Assembly (NCBI GenBank): GCA_963674755.2
Contig: CAXXVS010000002.1
Coordinates: 2,399,570-2,463,569 of the forward strand
Reading direction: 5' to 3'
DNA: 64,000 bases
From: Desulfobacterales bacterium
Lineage (GTDB): Bacteria; Desulfobacterota; Desulfobacteria; Desulfobacterales; UBA5852
Position numbers and translations under genes: made by a program
Shown: positions 35,732-46,340 of the stretch, in pieces
Layout: every line of letters begins with the position of its first letter
How positions within the stretch are numbered: position 1 is the first letter of the stretch
Notes under the pieces: generated by a model
What the model saw: only the letters and a program-made list of their open reading frames with translations
What the model was told of the DNA's origin: nothing
Database searches by the model: none

Positions 35732-36556
35732 ATGACCGAACACAAGCGATGCGTGGATGAAGCGGCCGCCTTTCTCCGCCGACAATGCGACCTCCAGCCG
35801 ACGGTCGGCCTGCTGACCGGCACAGGCCTGGGGGATTGCGTCGCAGACATGAGCGTGGCCTGCGACATCGCCTACGGGGACATCCCCCACTTCCCGGTTT
35901 CGACCGTCTCCGGCCACAAGGGGCGTCTGCTGATGGGACGCCTGCAGGGTCGGGCCGTGGTGGTTTTCCAGGGGCGGTTTCACCTTTATGAAGGCTACCC
36001 CCCCCGGGAAGTGGTGTACCCGATCCGGCTGATGCAGGCCATGGGCGCCGGCACATTGATCGTCACCAACGCCGCCGGGGGGCTCAATCCCGACTTCCGC
36101 CCCGGGGATATCATGGGCATCACGGATCACATCAACCTGACGGGCGAGAATCCGCTGGTGGGCCCCAATGACCCCGCCTGGGGGATCCGGTTCCCGGACA
36201 TGAGCCGGGTCTACGATCCCCGATTGGGTGAGCAGGCCCGGGCGGCCGCCCAATCCCTGGGATGGCCCCTGCAGAAAGGGGTCTATGCCGGTCTTAAAGG
36301 GCCTTCCCTGGAAACGCCCGCTGAAATCCGCTTTCTCACCACCATCGGGGCGGACGCCGTGGGGCTGTCCACGGTGCAGGAAGTGATCGCCGCGGTTCAC
36401 GCGGGGATGCGCATCCTGGGACTGTCCGTCATCACCAATGTAAACCATCCCGACCGCCCGGTTCCCGCGTCCCTCGAAGACATCATCGAAGTGGCGGACC
36501 AGGCCGCCCCCCGGCTGGCCCGTCTGATCGAAACCGTATTGGAGCATCTGGAATAA
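35732..36556 (+). CDS. purine nucleoside / methylthio(adeno/ino)sine phosphorylase (PNP/MTAP family)
   Basis: The trimeric PNP pattern is present: STVSGHKGRL, FQGRFHLYEGY, VTNAAGG, GPSLETPAE, STVQEV. Confidence 0.85.
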   Translation: MTEHKRCVDEAAAFLRRQCDLQPTVGLLTGTGLGDCVADMSVACDIAYGDIPHFPVSTVSGHKGRLLMGRLQGRAVVVFQGRFHLYEGYPPREVVYPIRLMQAMGAGTLIVTNAAGGLNPDFRPGDIMGITDHINLTGENPLVGPNDPAWGIRFPDMSRVYDPRLGEQARAAAQSLGWPLQKGVYAGLKGPSLETPAEIRFLTTIGADAVGLSTVQEVIAAVHAGMRILGLSVITNVNHPDRPVPASLEDIIEVADQAAPRLARLIETVLEHLE

Positions 36557-36557
36557 G

Positions 36558-37889
36558 ATGAAAAACGCCGACCTCCTGCTGACCAACGGCTGGGTGCTGA
36601 CCATGGATGACCGGCGCCGGGAATTCAACCCCGGTTTCGTGGCGCTGCAGGGCCCCCATATCGCGGCCGTGGGTCCCATGACCGAGGCCGCCCAATGGAC
36701 GGCCGCCCGGACCCTGGACGCGGCCGGCGGGATCATCCTGCCGGGGCTGGTCAATGCCCACACCCACGCGGCCATGACCTGCTTCCGGGGCATGGCCGAC
36801 GACCTGCCCCTGATGGAATGGCTGCAGGAGCATATCTTCCCGGCCGAGGCACAACTCGACCACGACAAGGTCAAGACCGGCACCCTGCTGGCCTGCGCCG
36901 AAATGATCCTCTCCGGCACCACCTGTTTCTGCGACATGTACCTCTTCGAAGATGCCGTGGCCGAAGCGGCGCATCAGGCCGGCCTGCGGGCCGTGGTGGG
37001 CGAGGTCCTCTACGATTTCCCCTCCCCCAACTACGGCCCCCCCGAGGCCGGTCTGGTCTACACCGAACGGCTGATCGACAAATGGCGTGGGGAGCCTCTC
37101 ATCACCATCGCCGTGGAACCCCACTCCCCTTATCTCTGCGCCCCCGATCTTCTGAAAAAGGCCGACGCCATCGCCCGGCGGCATGGGGTGCCGTTGGTGA
37201 TTCACCTGGCGGAAACCCGCGCCGAAGTGGCAACCATGCAGGAGCGCTACGGCCTCACCCCGGTGGGTCACCTGGCCGATCTGGATCTGCTCCACCCCGG
37301 GCTGCTGGCCTGCCACGGGGTGATGCTGACCGATGACGACATGGACCTGCTCAAAACCCACGACGTCAAAATCGCCCACAACGCCGAAAGCAATATGAAG
37401 CTGGCCTCGGGCATCGCCCCGGTGCCCCGGCTGCTGGAGCGGGGCATCTGCGTGGCCCTGGGCACCGACGGCTGCGCCAGCAACAACAACTTGGACCTGA
37501 TGAGCGAGATGGACACGGTGGCCAAGCTGCACAAGGTCAACACCCTGGACCCCACCGTGCTGGATGCCGAAACCGTCCTGGCCATGGCCACCATCGAGGG
37601 CGCCCGCGCCCTGGGCCTGGCCGACCGCATCGGCTCCCTGGAAGCCGGCAAGGAGGCCGACCTGATCGTGATCGACACCCGCCAGCCCCACCTGACCCCC
37701 CTCTATCACCCCGCTTCGCATCTGGTCTATGCGGCCCGGGGCGGTGACGTCGCCACCAGCATCATCCGGGGCCAAGTGGTCATGGAAAACCGGACCCTGC
37801 GCACTTTGGACCGCGAGCAGGTCATGCAGGATGTCAACCGCCTGGCGGCTGAAATTCGCGAAGCATTGCCCGATGCCGTGGCGCGCTGA
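36558..37889 (+). CDS. mtaD: 5'-methylthioadenosine/S-adenosylhomocysteine deaminase-type amidohydrolase
   Basis: Amidohydrolase motifs PGLVNAHTHAAM, HLAET and GTDGCASNN match the MtaD/SsnA subgroup, and the context supports the call. Confidence 0.75.
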   Translation: MKNADLLLTNGWVLTMDDRRREFNPGFVALQGPHIAAVGPMTEAAQWTAARTLDAAGGIILPGLVNAHTHAAMTCFRGMADDLPLMEWLQEHIFPAEAQLDHDKVKTGTLLACAEMILSGTTCFCDMYLFEDAVAEAAHQAGLRAVVGEVLYDFPSPNYGPPEAGLVYTERLIDKWRGEPLITIAVEPHSPYLCAPDLLKKADAIARRHGVPLVIHLAETRAEVATMQERYGLTPVGHLADLDLLHPGLLACHGVMLTDDDMDLLKTHDVKIAHNAESNMKLASGIAPVPRLLERGICVALGTDGCASNNNLDLMSEMDTVAKLHKVNTLDPTVLDAETVLAMATIEGARALGLADRIGSLEAGKEADLIVIDTRQPHLTPLYHPASHLVYAARGGDVATSIIRGQVVMENRTLRTLDREQVMQDVNRLAAEIREALPDAVAR

Positions 37890-37943
37890 TGGCCTTGCCT
37901 GGGCCTGTTTGAAGTGGTTGAAAACCCAAGATCAGGTTCGAGA

Positions 37944-39299
37944 ATGTACGATCTTCTGATTTGCAATGCCTGGGTGGTCACGGTCAATGACCGCTGGGAG
38001 GTGATCCCCAACGGCCTGATCGGCATTGAAGGCGATCGAATCGTCTATGTTGGTCCGGAGAAGCATCCGCGGCCGGCCGCCCGGGAAACCATCGATGCCG
38101 ATCAGGGCATCGTGCTGCCCGGCCTGGTCAATGCCCACACCCACCTGCCCATGACCGTCTTCCGGGGGCTGGCCGACGACCTCCCCCTGCACACCTGGCT
38201 GGAGGAATACATCTTCCCGGCCGAGGCGGCCCATATCACACCGGATACGGTCCACTGGGGCACCCGGCTGGCCTGCGCCGAACTGCTCCTGACCGGTGTC
38301 ACCACCTGCTGCGACGGCTATTTCCTGGAAGACGTCGTGGCCCGGGCGGTGGCCGCCACCGGCCTGCGGGCCGTCCTGGGCCAGGGGGTGATCGATTTTC
38401 CGGCCCCGGGCGTGCCGGATCCGTCCCGCAACGTGGCCGCCGCCATGGATTTTGTTGACGCCTGGCAAAACCGCACGCCCCTGATCACCCCTTCCATCTT
38501 CTGCCATTCCCCTTACACCTGCAGCGACGCAACCCTGGCCCGGGCCAAGGCGGCCGCAACGGCCAAAGGGGTTCTCTTCCAGATCCATGTGGCCGAAACC
38601 CGGGCGGAATACGCCCCGGCCGAAGGGGGCGGCCAACCGGAGCCTCCCGTCGAACGGCTGGCGCGCCTGAACCTGCTGGATGCGGCCACCCTTCTGGTGC
38701 ACGGGGTCTGGCTCACCCCCCAAGAGATCGACATCGTCGCCCAGAAGGGATGCGGCATCGTCCACTGCCCGGAGAGCAACATGAAGCTGGCCGCGGGCAT
38801 CGCCCCGCTGCCGGCCTTTTTGCAGGCCGGCATCCCGGTGGGTCTGGGTACGGACGGCTGCGCCAGCAACAACGACCTGGACCTGCTGCGGGAAATGGAC
38901 ACGGCCGCCAAACTGCACAAGGCCGCCGGGGGAGACCCCACGGCCCTGCCGGCCGCCCGGGTACTGGCCCTGGCCACCCGGGAGGGCGCCCGGGCCATCG
39001 GCCTGAGCGACCGCATCGGGTCCCTGGAGGCAGGCAAACAGGCCGATCTCGTCATTCTGGACAGCGCCCACCCGGCCCTGTGCCCGGTCTACAATCCTGT
39101 CTCCCAGGCCGTCTACGCGGCCGGCGGGGACGCGGTGCGGGACACCATCGTGGCCGGACAGGTACGCGTGCGTCATCATCATATGACGGACGGCCATCTC
39201 GATGACGTCATGGATCAGGTGCGGGCCATCGGCCGCCGCATCCAAAACGCCCGGCGCCAACTACCCCGGCAGACTGACGGAAAGGGAGACCCGACATGA
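37944..39299 (+). CDS. second MtaD-like amidohydrolase paralogue
   Basis: Same motif set (PGLVNAHTHLPM, HVAET, GTDGCASNN), in tandem with the first copy. The start is set to MYDLLICNAWVV. Confidence 0.75.
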   Translation: MYDLLICNAWVVTVNDRWEVIPNGLIGIEGDRIVYVGPEKHPRPAARETIDADQGIVLPGLVNAHTHLPMTVFRGLADDLPLHTWLEEYIFPAEAAHITPDTVHWGTRLACAELLLTGVTTCCDGYFLEDVVARAVAATGLRAVLGQGVIDFPAPGVPDPSRNVAAAMDFVDAWQNRTPLITPSIFCHSPYTCSDATLARAKAAATAKGVLFQIHVAETRAEYAPAEGGGQPEPPVERLARLNLLDAATLLVHGVWLTPQEIDIVAQKGCGIVHCPESNMKLAAGIAPLPAFLQAGIPVGLGTDGCASNNDLDLLREMDTAAKLHKAAGGDPTALPAARVLALATREGARAIGLSDRIGSLEAGKQADLVILDSAHPALCPVYNPVSQAVYAAGGDAVRDTIVAGQVRVRHHHMTDGHLDDVMDQVRAIGRRIQNARRQLPRQTDGKGDPT

Positions 39300-41008
39300 C
39301 CATGGAACACCTCATCGCCGTGGCCCGCGGAGACCAGCCGGCCGATCTGCTCCTGCGCAACGCCAAGCTCGTCAACGTCTTTTCCGGGGAGATCCTGGAC
39401 ACGGACATCGCTGTGGCGCAAGGCCACATTGCGGGTTTCGGCCCCCGGGAAGCCCGGGCCGAGATCGACCTGGGCGGACGCTTCCTGGCCCCCGGCTTCA
39501 TCGACGCCCATGTCCACATCGAAAGCGCCATGGCCTCCCCCACCGAATTCGCCCGGGCCGTGCTGCCCCACGGCACCACCACGGTGGTGGCCGACCCCCA
39601 CGAGATTGCCAACGTTCTGGGGCGGGCGGGCATCGATTACATGCTGCAGGCCACCGAGGGGCAGCCCCTGCAATTTTTCTTCAGCCTGTCCTCCTGTGTG
39701 CCGGCGACGACCATGGAAACCGCCGGTGCCACGTTGACCGCCGCCGATCTGGCCCCCCTGATGCCCCATCCCCGGGTGGTGGCCCTGGCGGAAGTCATGA
39801 ATTTCCCCGGCGTCATCCAGGGGGATCCCGACATCCTGGCCAAAATCCGGGCGGCCCACACCGCCCGCAAACGGGTGGACGGCCATGCCCCGGGGGTGGC
39901 CGGGAGGGCCCTGGACGCCTATATTGCCGCCGGCATCGCCAGCGATCACGAATGCATCGACCCGGAAGAAGCCCTTGAGAAGTTGCGGCGCGGGATGCAC
40001 ATCATGATCCGGGAGGGCACCGGCGCCAAAAATCTGGCCGCCCTGGTGGACATCATCCGGCCGGAGACCGTCCACCAGCTCATGTGGTGCACCGACGACC
40101 GCCACCCCCATGACATTTTGGCCGAAGGCCATGTGGACGCCATCGTGCGGCAGGCGGTCCGGCGGGGTGTGCCCCTGCCCCTGGCCATCCGCATGGCCAC
40201 CTTGAACCCGGCCGTCTATTTCGGCCTGCCCCGCACCGGTGCCCTGGCGCCCGGTCAGCGGGCCGACATGGTGGTCTTCAGCGATCCCACGAATCCCGTG
40301 GTGGAAATGGTCTATGCCGGCGGGCAACGCGTGGCCGAAGACGGGGTGCTACTGGAAACGACCGTCTTCCCCGATGCGGTTCCGGTGGCGCCCGCTATGC
40401 AGGTCGACCCGGCGCAGCTCGACTTTCGCCTGGTCGCCCGGGGCGAACGGATGCGGGTCATCGACATCGTCCCCGGGCAGATCGTCACGCGCCAAATCAT
40501 CGCCGAAACGCCGGTAGCCGACGACCACGCGGTGGCGGATCCCCAAAAGGACCTTTTAAAGATCGCCGTAATCGAGCGCCATCAGGGGACCGGGCGCATC
40601 GGGATCGGGTTTGTGCGGGGCATGGGGCTGCGCAAAGGCGCCCTGGCCTCCAGCGTGGCCCATGACAGCCACAACATCATCGTGGTGGGTGCCAGCGATA
40701 AAGACATGGCCGCCGCCGCCCGCCGGGTGATTGCCATGCAGGGGGGGCTGTCCGCAGCCGCCGATGGCCACATCCTGGCGGAACTGGCCCTGCCCATTGC
40801 CGGCCTCATGTCGCCGGACCCGGTCCGGACGATCCAGGACCGGATGACCGGCCTGATTGCCGCCGCCCAGTCTCTGGGCACACCCCTGGAGGACCCGTTC
40901 ATGATCTTGTCATTTCTGGCCCTGCCCGTGATTCCGGAACTCAAGATCACCGACCGGGGCCTGGTGGACGTAAACCGCTTCGAACCCGTTGATCTTTTCC
41001 TTCAATAG
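39296..41008 (+). CDS. ade: adenine deaminase
   Basis: 570 aa with PGFIDAHVHIESAM and a long C-terminal domain typical of Ade. ATGA overlap with the preceding gene. Confidence 0.85.
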   Translation: MTMEHLIAVARGDQPADLLLRNAKLVNVFSGEILDTDIAVAQGHIAGFGPREARAEIDLGGRFLAPGFIDAHVHIESAMASPTEFARAVLPHGTTTVVADPHEIANVLGRAGIDYMLQATEGQPLQFFFSLSSCVPATTMETAGATLTAADLAPLMPHPRVVALAEVMNFPGVIQGDPDILAKIRAAHTARKRVDGHAPGVAGRALDAYIAAGIASDHECIDPEEALEKLRRGMHIMIREGTGAKNLAALVDIIRPETVHQLMWCTDDRHPHDILAEGHVDAIVRQAVRRGVPLPLAIRMATLNPAVYFGLPRTGALAPGQRADMVVFSDPTNPVVEMVYAGGQRVAEDGVLLETTVFPDAVPVAPAMQVDPAQLDFRLVARGERMRVIDIVPGQIVTRQIIAETPVADDHAVADPQKDLLKIAVIERHQGTGRIGIGFVRGMGLRKGALASSVAHDSHNIIVVGASDKDMAAAARRVIAMQGGLSAAADGHILAELALPIAGLMSPDPVRTIQDRMTGLIAAAQSLGTPLEDPFMILSFLALPVIPELKITDRGLVDVNRFEPVDLFLQ

Positions 41009-41074
41009 GAATAGCAAAAACGGTAGCGGCCGAGGCCACTACCGTTGATTGGAACGATCGATATAAGAGAGGAA

Positions 41075-42184
41075 ATGCGTTTCATGCAAGATACCCCACA
41101 ACCCTTGCGCCCCATTTGGATAGACGACGCCAGCGGGGACGTCAACGTGATCGACCAGCGCAGCCTGCCCCACGAACAGGTGGTATTGGAGCTGCAGACC
41201 GTGGACGACATCATCTATGCCATCCAGGAAATGGTGGTCCGGGGGGCGCCTTTGATCGGCATCACCGCGGCCTATGGCGTCTATCTGGCCGTTAAAAACG
41301 CCGCCGCCGGTTCCGGCCCGGCGGATTGGACGGCCGAATGCGAACGCGTCAAGGCCGCCCGCCCTACGGCCGTCAACTTGCAGTGGGCCGTGGAGCGGGT
41401 CATGGCGGACATCAGGAACCGGCCGGCCGGCCAGCGAACCGAAGCGGCCCGGAAAATCGCCGGCGTGATCGCCGAAGAAGAAGCCGACAACTGCCGCCGG
41501 ATCGGCCGCCACGGGGTGCGCCTGATCGAGGCCCTCAGCCAGGAGAAAAGCGGTGCCGCCGTCAACATCCTGACCCACTGCAACGCCGGCTGGCTGGCCA
41601 CCATCGAATACGGCACCGCCACGGCCCCCATCTACACCGCTTACGACCAGGGCATCGACGTGCATGTCTGGGTAGACGAAACCCGCCCCCTCAACCAGGG
41701 CGCCCGCCTGACGGCCTGGGAGCTGGGCCGCCACGGGGTTTCCCATGCCGTCATCACGGACAATGCCGGCGGTCACCTCATGCAGCACGGCCTGGTGGAT
41801 ATGGTCATCGTGGGAACGGACCGCACCACTTGCACCGGCGATGTGGCCAACAAAATCGGCACTTATCTCAAGGCCTTGGCCGCCCGGGACAACGAAGTGC
41901 CCTTCTATGTGGCCCTGCCGTCCAGCACCTTCGACTGGCGCCTGCGCGACGGGGTGCGGGAGATCCCCATCGAAGAGCGGGACCCGGATGAGGTCCGCTA
42001 TATTCAGGGATATTCCGAGGATGGCCTGCGCAGCGTGCTCGTGCCGCCCGCCAGCAGTCCGGCGGCCAATTATGCGTTTGACGTGACCCCGGCCCGGCTG
42101 GTGACCGGTTTCATTACCGAACGGGGCGTCTGCGCGGCCACCGAAGCCGCGATTCGCGCCCTGTTCCCCGAGAAAGCGACGTAG
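41075..42184 (+). CDS. mtnA: S-methyl-5-thioribose-1-phosphate isomerase (eIF-2B-like family)
   Basis: VIDQRSLPHE, VVRGAPLIGITAAYG and VGTDRTTCTGDVANKIGTY are present. The start is ATG 41075 or 41084. Confidence 0.85.
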   Translation: MRFMQDTPQPLRPIWIDDASGDVNVIDQRSLPHEQVVLELQTVDDIIYAIQEMVVRGAPLIGITAAYGVYLAVKNAAAGSGPADWTAECERVKAARPTAVNLQWAVERVMADIRNRPAGQRTEAARKIAGVIAEEEADNCRRIGRHGVRLIEALSQEKSGAAVNILTHCNAGWLATIEYGTATAPIYTAYDQGIDVHVWVDETRPLNQGARLTAWELGRHGVSHAVITDNAGGHLMQHGLVDMVIVGTDRTTCTGDVANKIGTYLKALAARDNEVPFYVALPSSTFDWRLRDGVREIPIEERDPDEVRYIQGYSEDGLRSVLVPPASSPAANYAFDVTPARLVTGFITERGVCAATEAAIRALFPEKAT

Positions 42185-42396
42185 CGCGACAGGCTCCAGA
42201 GGACCAGCGCTTCTATCCTAAACCGAAGCGGTAGGGCTGACACTTGGCCGCCGGACCTGCCGGCCGGGGCCCCATCCTTGACATCTGCCGCGGTTTGCCC
42301 TAATGAACTGCGCATTTCCGCGCCACCTGATCACCGGGACGGCGGGCCTCCGCCCGGACGCCCCCTGGCGCGCAACCCGCTATTGCGAACGAAACC

Positions 42397-44430
42397 ATGA
42401 AACGCACCCCCAATATCAGCCATATCCGCAACATCGGCATTATCGCCCATATCGATGCCGGCAAGACCACGGTCACCGAGCGCATCCTCTATTATACGGG
42501 CAAATCCCATAAGATCGGCGAGGTCCACGACGGCGAGGCCGTCATGGACTGGATGGTGGACGAGCAGGAACGCGGCATCACCATCACCTCGGCCGTGACC
42601 ACCTGCAACTGGCAGGGGACCGACGTGCAGATCATCGACACCCCCGGCCATGTGGATTTCACCATCGAGGTGGAGCGCTCCCTGCGGGTCCTGGACGGTG
42701 CCGTGGGCGTATTCTGCGCCGTGGGCGGCGTGGAGCCCCAGTCCGAGACCGTCTGGCGCCAGGCCGACAAATACAAGGTTCCCAAGATCGCTTTCGTCAA
42801 CAAGCTCGACCGGGTGGGCGCCGATTTTTTCAATGCCGTAAACGAAATGAAAGAGCGCCTCAAAGCATCCCCCCTCCTGCTGCAGATTCCCTGCGGGGTG
42901 GAAGACCGCTTCGAGGGAGTCTACGATCTTGTCCGCATGCAAAAGATCGTGTGGGACGACGACACCCTGGGGGCCTCATTTGCCACCCACGACCTGACCC
43001 CCGAAGAGACGGCCGAGCTGGCCCCCCACCGGGAACAGATGCTGGAAAGCCTGGCCGAGGTGGACGATCAGATCATGGAAGCCTACCTCGATGAAACGCC
43101 CATCGAACCGGATCTGCTGGAAAGTGCCGTGCGCAAGGCCACCATCACGCTAAAACGCGTGCCGGTGCTGTGCGGCAGCGCGCTTAAAAACAAAGGCATC
43201 CAGCCCCTGCTGGATGCCATCGTACGCTATCTGCCCAGCCCCCTCGACGTGCCGCCCATCAAGGGGGTTCACCCGGACAGCGGGGAGGCCGTGGCCTGCC
43301 CTCCCAAGGATAACGCCCCGCTGGCGGCCCTCATTTTCAAGGTCGCCATGATCGAGGGCCGCAAGATGGCCTATGCCCGGGTCTACAGCGGCAAGCTCAA
43401 AGCCGGCGAGGAAGTCTACAACGCCACCCGCAAGAAAAAGGAACGCATCTCCCGCATCCTCATGATGCACGCCAACAAGCGCGACCGGCTGGACCTGGCC
43501 GGGGCCGGCGGCATCGTGGGCATCGTGGGGCCCAAGGAGTCCTCTACCGGCGAGACCCTCTGCCAGCCGGACCATCCTGTTCTACTTGAAGACATCGAGG
43601 TTTACCAGCCGGTGATTTCGGTGGCCGTGGAACCCAAGACCCATTCCGACCAGGAAAAACTCGACGAGGTGCTCAATAAGTTTCTGGCGGAGGACCCCAC
43701 CTTGAAGGTCAAGGTCGACGAGGACACCGGCCAGACCATTCTCTCCGGCATGGGGGAGCTGCACCTGGAAGTCATCATCAGCCGCATGCTCCGGGAATTC
43801 AATACCAGCGTCAATGTGGGCAAGCCCCAGGTGGTCTACCGCGAAACCATCGCTTCCGCTGGCGAGGGCCATGGCGTCTTCGACAAGGAAGTGGCCGGAC
43901 AGCGCCATTTCGGCGAAGTTACCCTTCGCCTGTCGCCGCGGCCGCGCGGGCAGGGCAATGCCTGCGGGGGCATCGTACCGGAGGATCAGATCCCTCCGGC
44001 CTTCATGCCGGCCGTCGAAAAGGGGATCATGGAGTCCCTGGAGAGCGGCACGCTGATGGGCTATCCGGTGGTGGACGTGGAGGCCGAAATCCTCGGGGGC
44101 AGTTTCAAGGAATCCCAGGGCAGCGAGCTGGCCTACCGGGTGGCGGCCTCCATGGCCTGCAAGACCGCCCTGGTCCAGGGCGAGCCCTTTCTGCTGGATC
44201 CCATCATGAAGGTGGAGGTTTTCGTACCGGAAGCCTTTATGGGGGAGGTCATCGGGGATATCAATGCCCGGGGCGGCAAGATCGACGCCATCGAGCACCG
44301 CACCGGTCTGCAGGCCATCACGGCCAAGGTTCCCCTGGCCCGCATGTTCGGCTATTCCACGGCCCTGCGCTCGGCCAGCCAGGGACGGGGAACCTTTTCC
44401 ATGCACTTCTCCCACTTCGACCGCAGCTGA
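42397..44430 (+). CDS. fusA: elongation factor G family GTPase (stand-alone paralogue)
   Basis: [17 protein letters not shown] and NKLDR are present, and the 677-aa five-domain length fits. It is not in an rpsL-rpsG-fusA-tuf context. Confidence 0.9.
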   Translation: MKRTPNISHIRNIGIIAHIDAGKTTVTERILYYTGKSHKIGEVHDGEAVMDWMVDEQERGITITSAVTTCNWQGTDVQIIDTPGHVDFTIEVERSLRVLDGAVGVFCAVGGVEPQSETVWRQADKYKVPKIAFVNKLDRVGADFFNAVNEMKERLKASPLLLQIPCGVEDRFEGVYDLVRMQKIVWDDDTLGASFATHDLTPEETAELAPHREQMLESLAEVDDQIMEAYLDETPIEPDLLESAVRKATITLKRVPVLCGSALKNKGIQPLLDAIVRYLPSPLDVPPIKGVHPDSGEAVACPPKDNAPLAALIFKVAMIEGRKMAYARVYSGKLKAGEEVYNATRKKKERISRILMMHANKRDRLDLAGAGGIVGIVGPKESSTGETLCQPDHPVLLEDIEVYQPVISVAVEPKTHSDQEKLDEVLNKFLAEDPTLKVKVDEDTGQTILSGMGELHLEVIISRMLREFNTSVNVGKPQVVYRETIASAGEGHGVFDKEVAGQRHFGEVTLRLSPRPRGQGNACGGIVPEDQIPPAFMPAVEKGIMESLESGTLMGYPVVDVEAEILGGSFKESQGSELAYRVAASMACKTALVQGEPFLLDPIMKVEVFVPEAFMGEVIGDINARGGKIDAIEHRTGLQAITAKVPLARMFGYSTALRSASQGRGTFSMHFSHFDRS

Positions 44431-44573
44431 CGGCATCGTGAAAGGGCCAAGTTCAAGGCGCACAAATTCCGAGGAGGGAGGCGTACACCGGTACGCCGCA
44501 CTGACGAGGAATACCGCTAACGCGGGGGCCGGAGGCCGTGCAACGCGGAAATTGGCCCTTTCACGATGCCGTC
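44429..44573. repeat. family-2 structured repeat, single copy
   Basis: Perfect 22-bp arms GACGGCATCGTGAAAGGGCCAA / TTGGCCCTTTCACGATGCCGTC enclose the core CAAGGCGCACAAATTCCGAGGAGGGAGGCGTAC-ACCG-GTACGCCGCACTGACGAGGAAT. The left arm overlaps the EF-G stop codon. Confidence 0.8.
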
Positions 44574-44615
44574 TAACGGGTGATGTTCTATGCTGCCCGG
44601 TTCCCCTAGGACCGT

Positions 44616-46073
44616 CTACTCCCTCTTCTTTTTCTTAGGATCCTTTTTGTCTTTTTCGGCCGATTCGATCTCGGCCAGCAGGGCTTTCGTATCCTCGCGC
44701 TGTTTGGGGGGCTGCTCGAACGCCAGGGCCTTTTTGAGCTGGAAGACGGCCTTTTGCATGTCGCCCTTGTCGTAGTAGAACCGGCCCAGATGATAAAAGG
44801 CCTCCCCCTGCCGCCCCATCTGGTTGTAAACCTTGCCGAGATCGAATTGCGCCTGGTAGTAGCCGGGATGGTCGCGCAGCAGCTTTTCATACTGGCTCAC
44901 AGCGGTATCCAGCCGGTCTTCCTCCTGATAGGCCCGGGCCAGGTAATAGCGGCCCGCGGGCCGGTCCGGAGCTGCCTGGACGGCGCCCTCCAGCACCGGG
45001 ATGGCCTCGTCGTAGCGCCCCTCGAGCACATAGATCCTCCCCAGATCGGTCAGGATGTCCCCGTCCAGGGGGCGTGCCGCCAGCGCTTTCTGAAGATGTT
45101 GGATGGCTTCCGCCCGCTGTCCGGTACGGGCCAGAATGAGGCCGTACTCATAGTTGGTCAGCGGATTGCCGGGATCCTTTTCATAGGCTTGCCGGAATTC
45201 ATGCAGGACGACGCTTTCGTTGCCGTATTCCACTAAAAGCTGGGTATGCATGCGGAAAAACGGGATGGGGTCCACCGGTTTGGGTCGTCCGTATTTCTGG
45301 TCGTGCTGCTGCACCCGGCGGTTGATGTCGGCGATGCGCGTTTCCACAGCCGGGTGGGTCATCATGTAGGTGGGAATTTCGTCGGGCCCGAACCATTGTT
45401 TGCTGCGGATCTTCTCGAACATGGTGACCATGCCCTCGCCGGCGTACCCGGCCCGGTAGAGGGTCGTCAGACCGAGCTGGTCGGCCTCTTCCTCATCGGC
45501 CCGGCTGTATGCCAGCATCATGCTCTGGGTGCCGGCCGCGGAGCCCATCAAAACGGCCTGGCCGGCCTCGCCGGCCCCGGTGGCCCCCAGCAGAATACCG
45601 GCGATCATACCGGCCATGGACAACATGTTGAGCGTCTTGGACCGTTCGATCTTCTCGGAGATATGGCGGCTGACCACATGGCTGATTTCGTGGGCCAGAA
45701 TGCCGGCCAGTTCGTCTTCGTTTTCCATGGCCGCCAGCAGGCCGCTGTAAATAAAGATGTGGCCGGCCGGCGTCGCGAAGGCATTGTAGACGTCCTGTTT
45801 GACGACATAAAAATGGTACTCGAAGGGCTGCTCGGGCAATGTGGCCACGAGTTTCTGTCCCACTTTATTGACGTAGTCCACGATCACCGGGTCCTCGATG
45901 AGGATAAACTGCTTCTTCAGCAGCTCGAGAAATTCCTTGGAAAGCTCTTTTTCCTCTTTGATCGTAATGGCCAGGGCCGGTACCGCTCCCGACCAGTTCA
46001 AAACCAGCAGGACGACCAGGGCCTTCAGGGCCATTCGCAGCCGGGCTAATCGCTGCATGCGATTTCCTTTCAT
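44616..46073 (-). CDS. M48-family zinc metalloprotease with C-terminal TPR repeats (BepA-like)
   Basis: It has a signal peptide, the HEISHV motif and a TPR-like C-terminal half. Confidence 0.85.
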   Translation of the reverse strand: MKGNRMQRLARLRMALKALVVLLVLNWSGAVPALAITIKEEKELSKEFLELLKKQFILIEDPVIVDYVNKVGQKLVATLPEQPFEYHFYVVKQDVYNAFATPAGHIFIYSGLLAAMENEDELAGILAHEISHVVSRHISEKIERSKTLNMLSMAGMIAGILLGATGAGEAGQAVLMGSAAGTQSMMLAYSRADEEEADQLGLTTLYRAGYAGEGMVTMFEKIRSKQWFGPDEIPTYMMTHPAVETRIADINRRVQQHDQKYGRPKPVDPIPFFRMHTQLLVEYGNESVVLHEFRQAYEKDPGNPLTNYEYGLILARTGQRAEAIQHLQKALAARPLDGDILTDLGRIYVLEGRYDEAIPVLEGAVQAAPDRPAGRYYLARAYQEEDRLDTAVSQYEKLLRDHPGYYQAQFDLGKVYNQMGRQGEAFYHLGRFYYDKGDMQKAVFQLKKALAFEQPPKQREDTKALLAEIESAEKDKKDPKKKKRE

Positions 46074-46340
46074 CGATGAATGCGGGGCTGTTTACGAACA
46101 GACGCGCCCCTCAAGTTTGGCGGGGCTATCATATGGGATTTCAACGCCTTGATCAAGCACCGTCCGCATATTCCGAAGTCGTTAAAGGCCAATCGGATCG
46201 ACCCGACGGTGACGTCCGTTCCAAGCGCCCGTCCGGCCCCGTCAGCCTCCGGCCGCCAAGAAACCTGTTGCACTTTTGCATGCCCTTCGATAGGGTAGAC
46301 GATCTTTTTAATCACCAAGTTACAGGATGATAGCGCATCT

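Noticed and set aside
35660-40327. Minus-strand ORFs 35660..36937, 36483..37775, 37932..39260 and 39215..40327 (370-442 aa each)
   Set aside because: All are antisense to the PNP/MtaD/MtaD2/Ade genes, which carry clear amidohydrolase and PNP motifs. They are shadow frames of GC-rich coding DNA.
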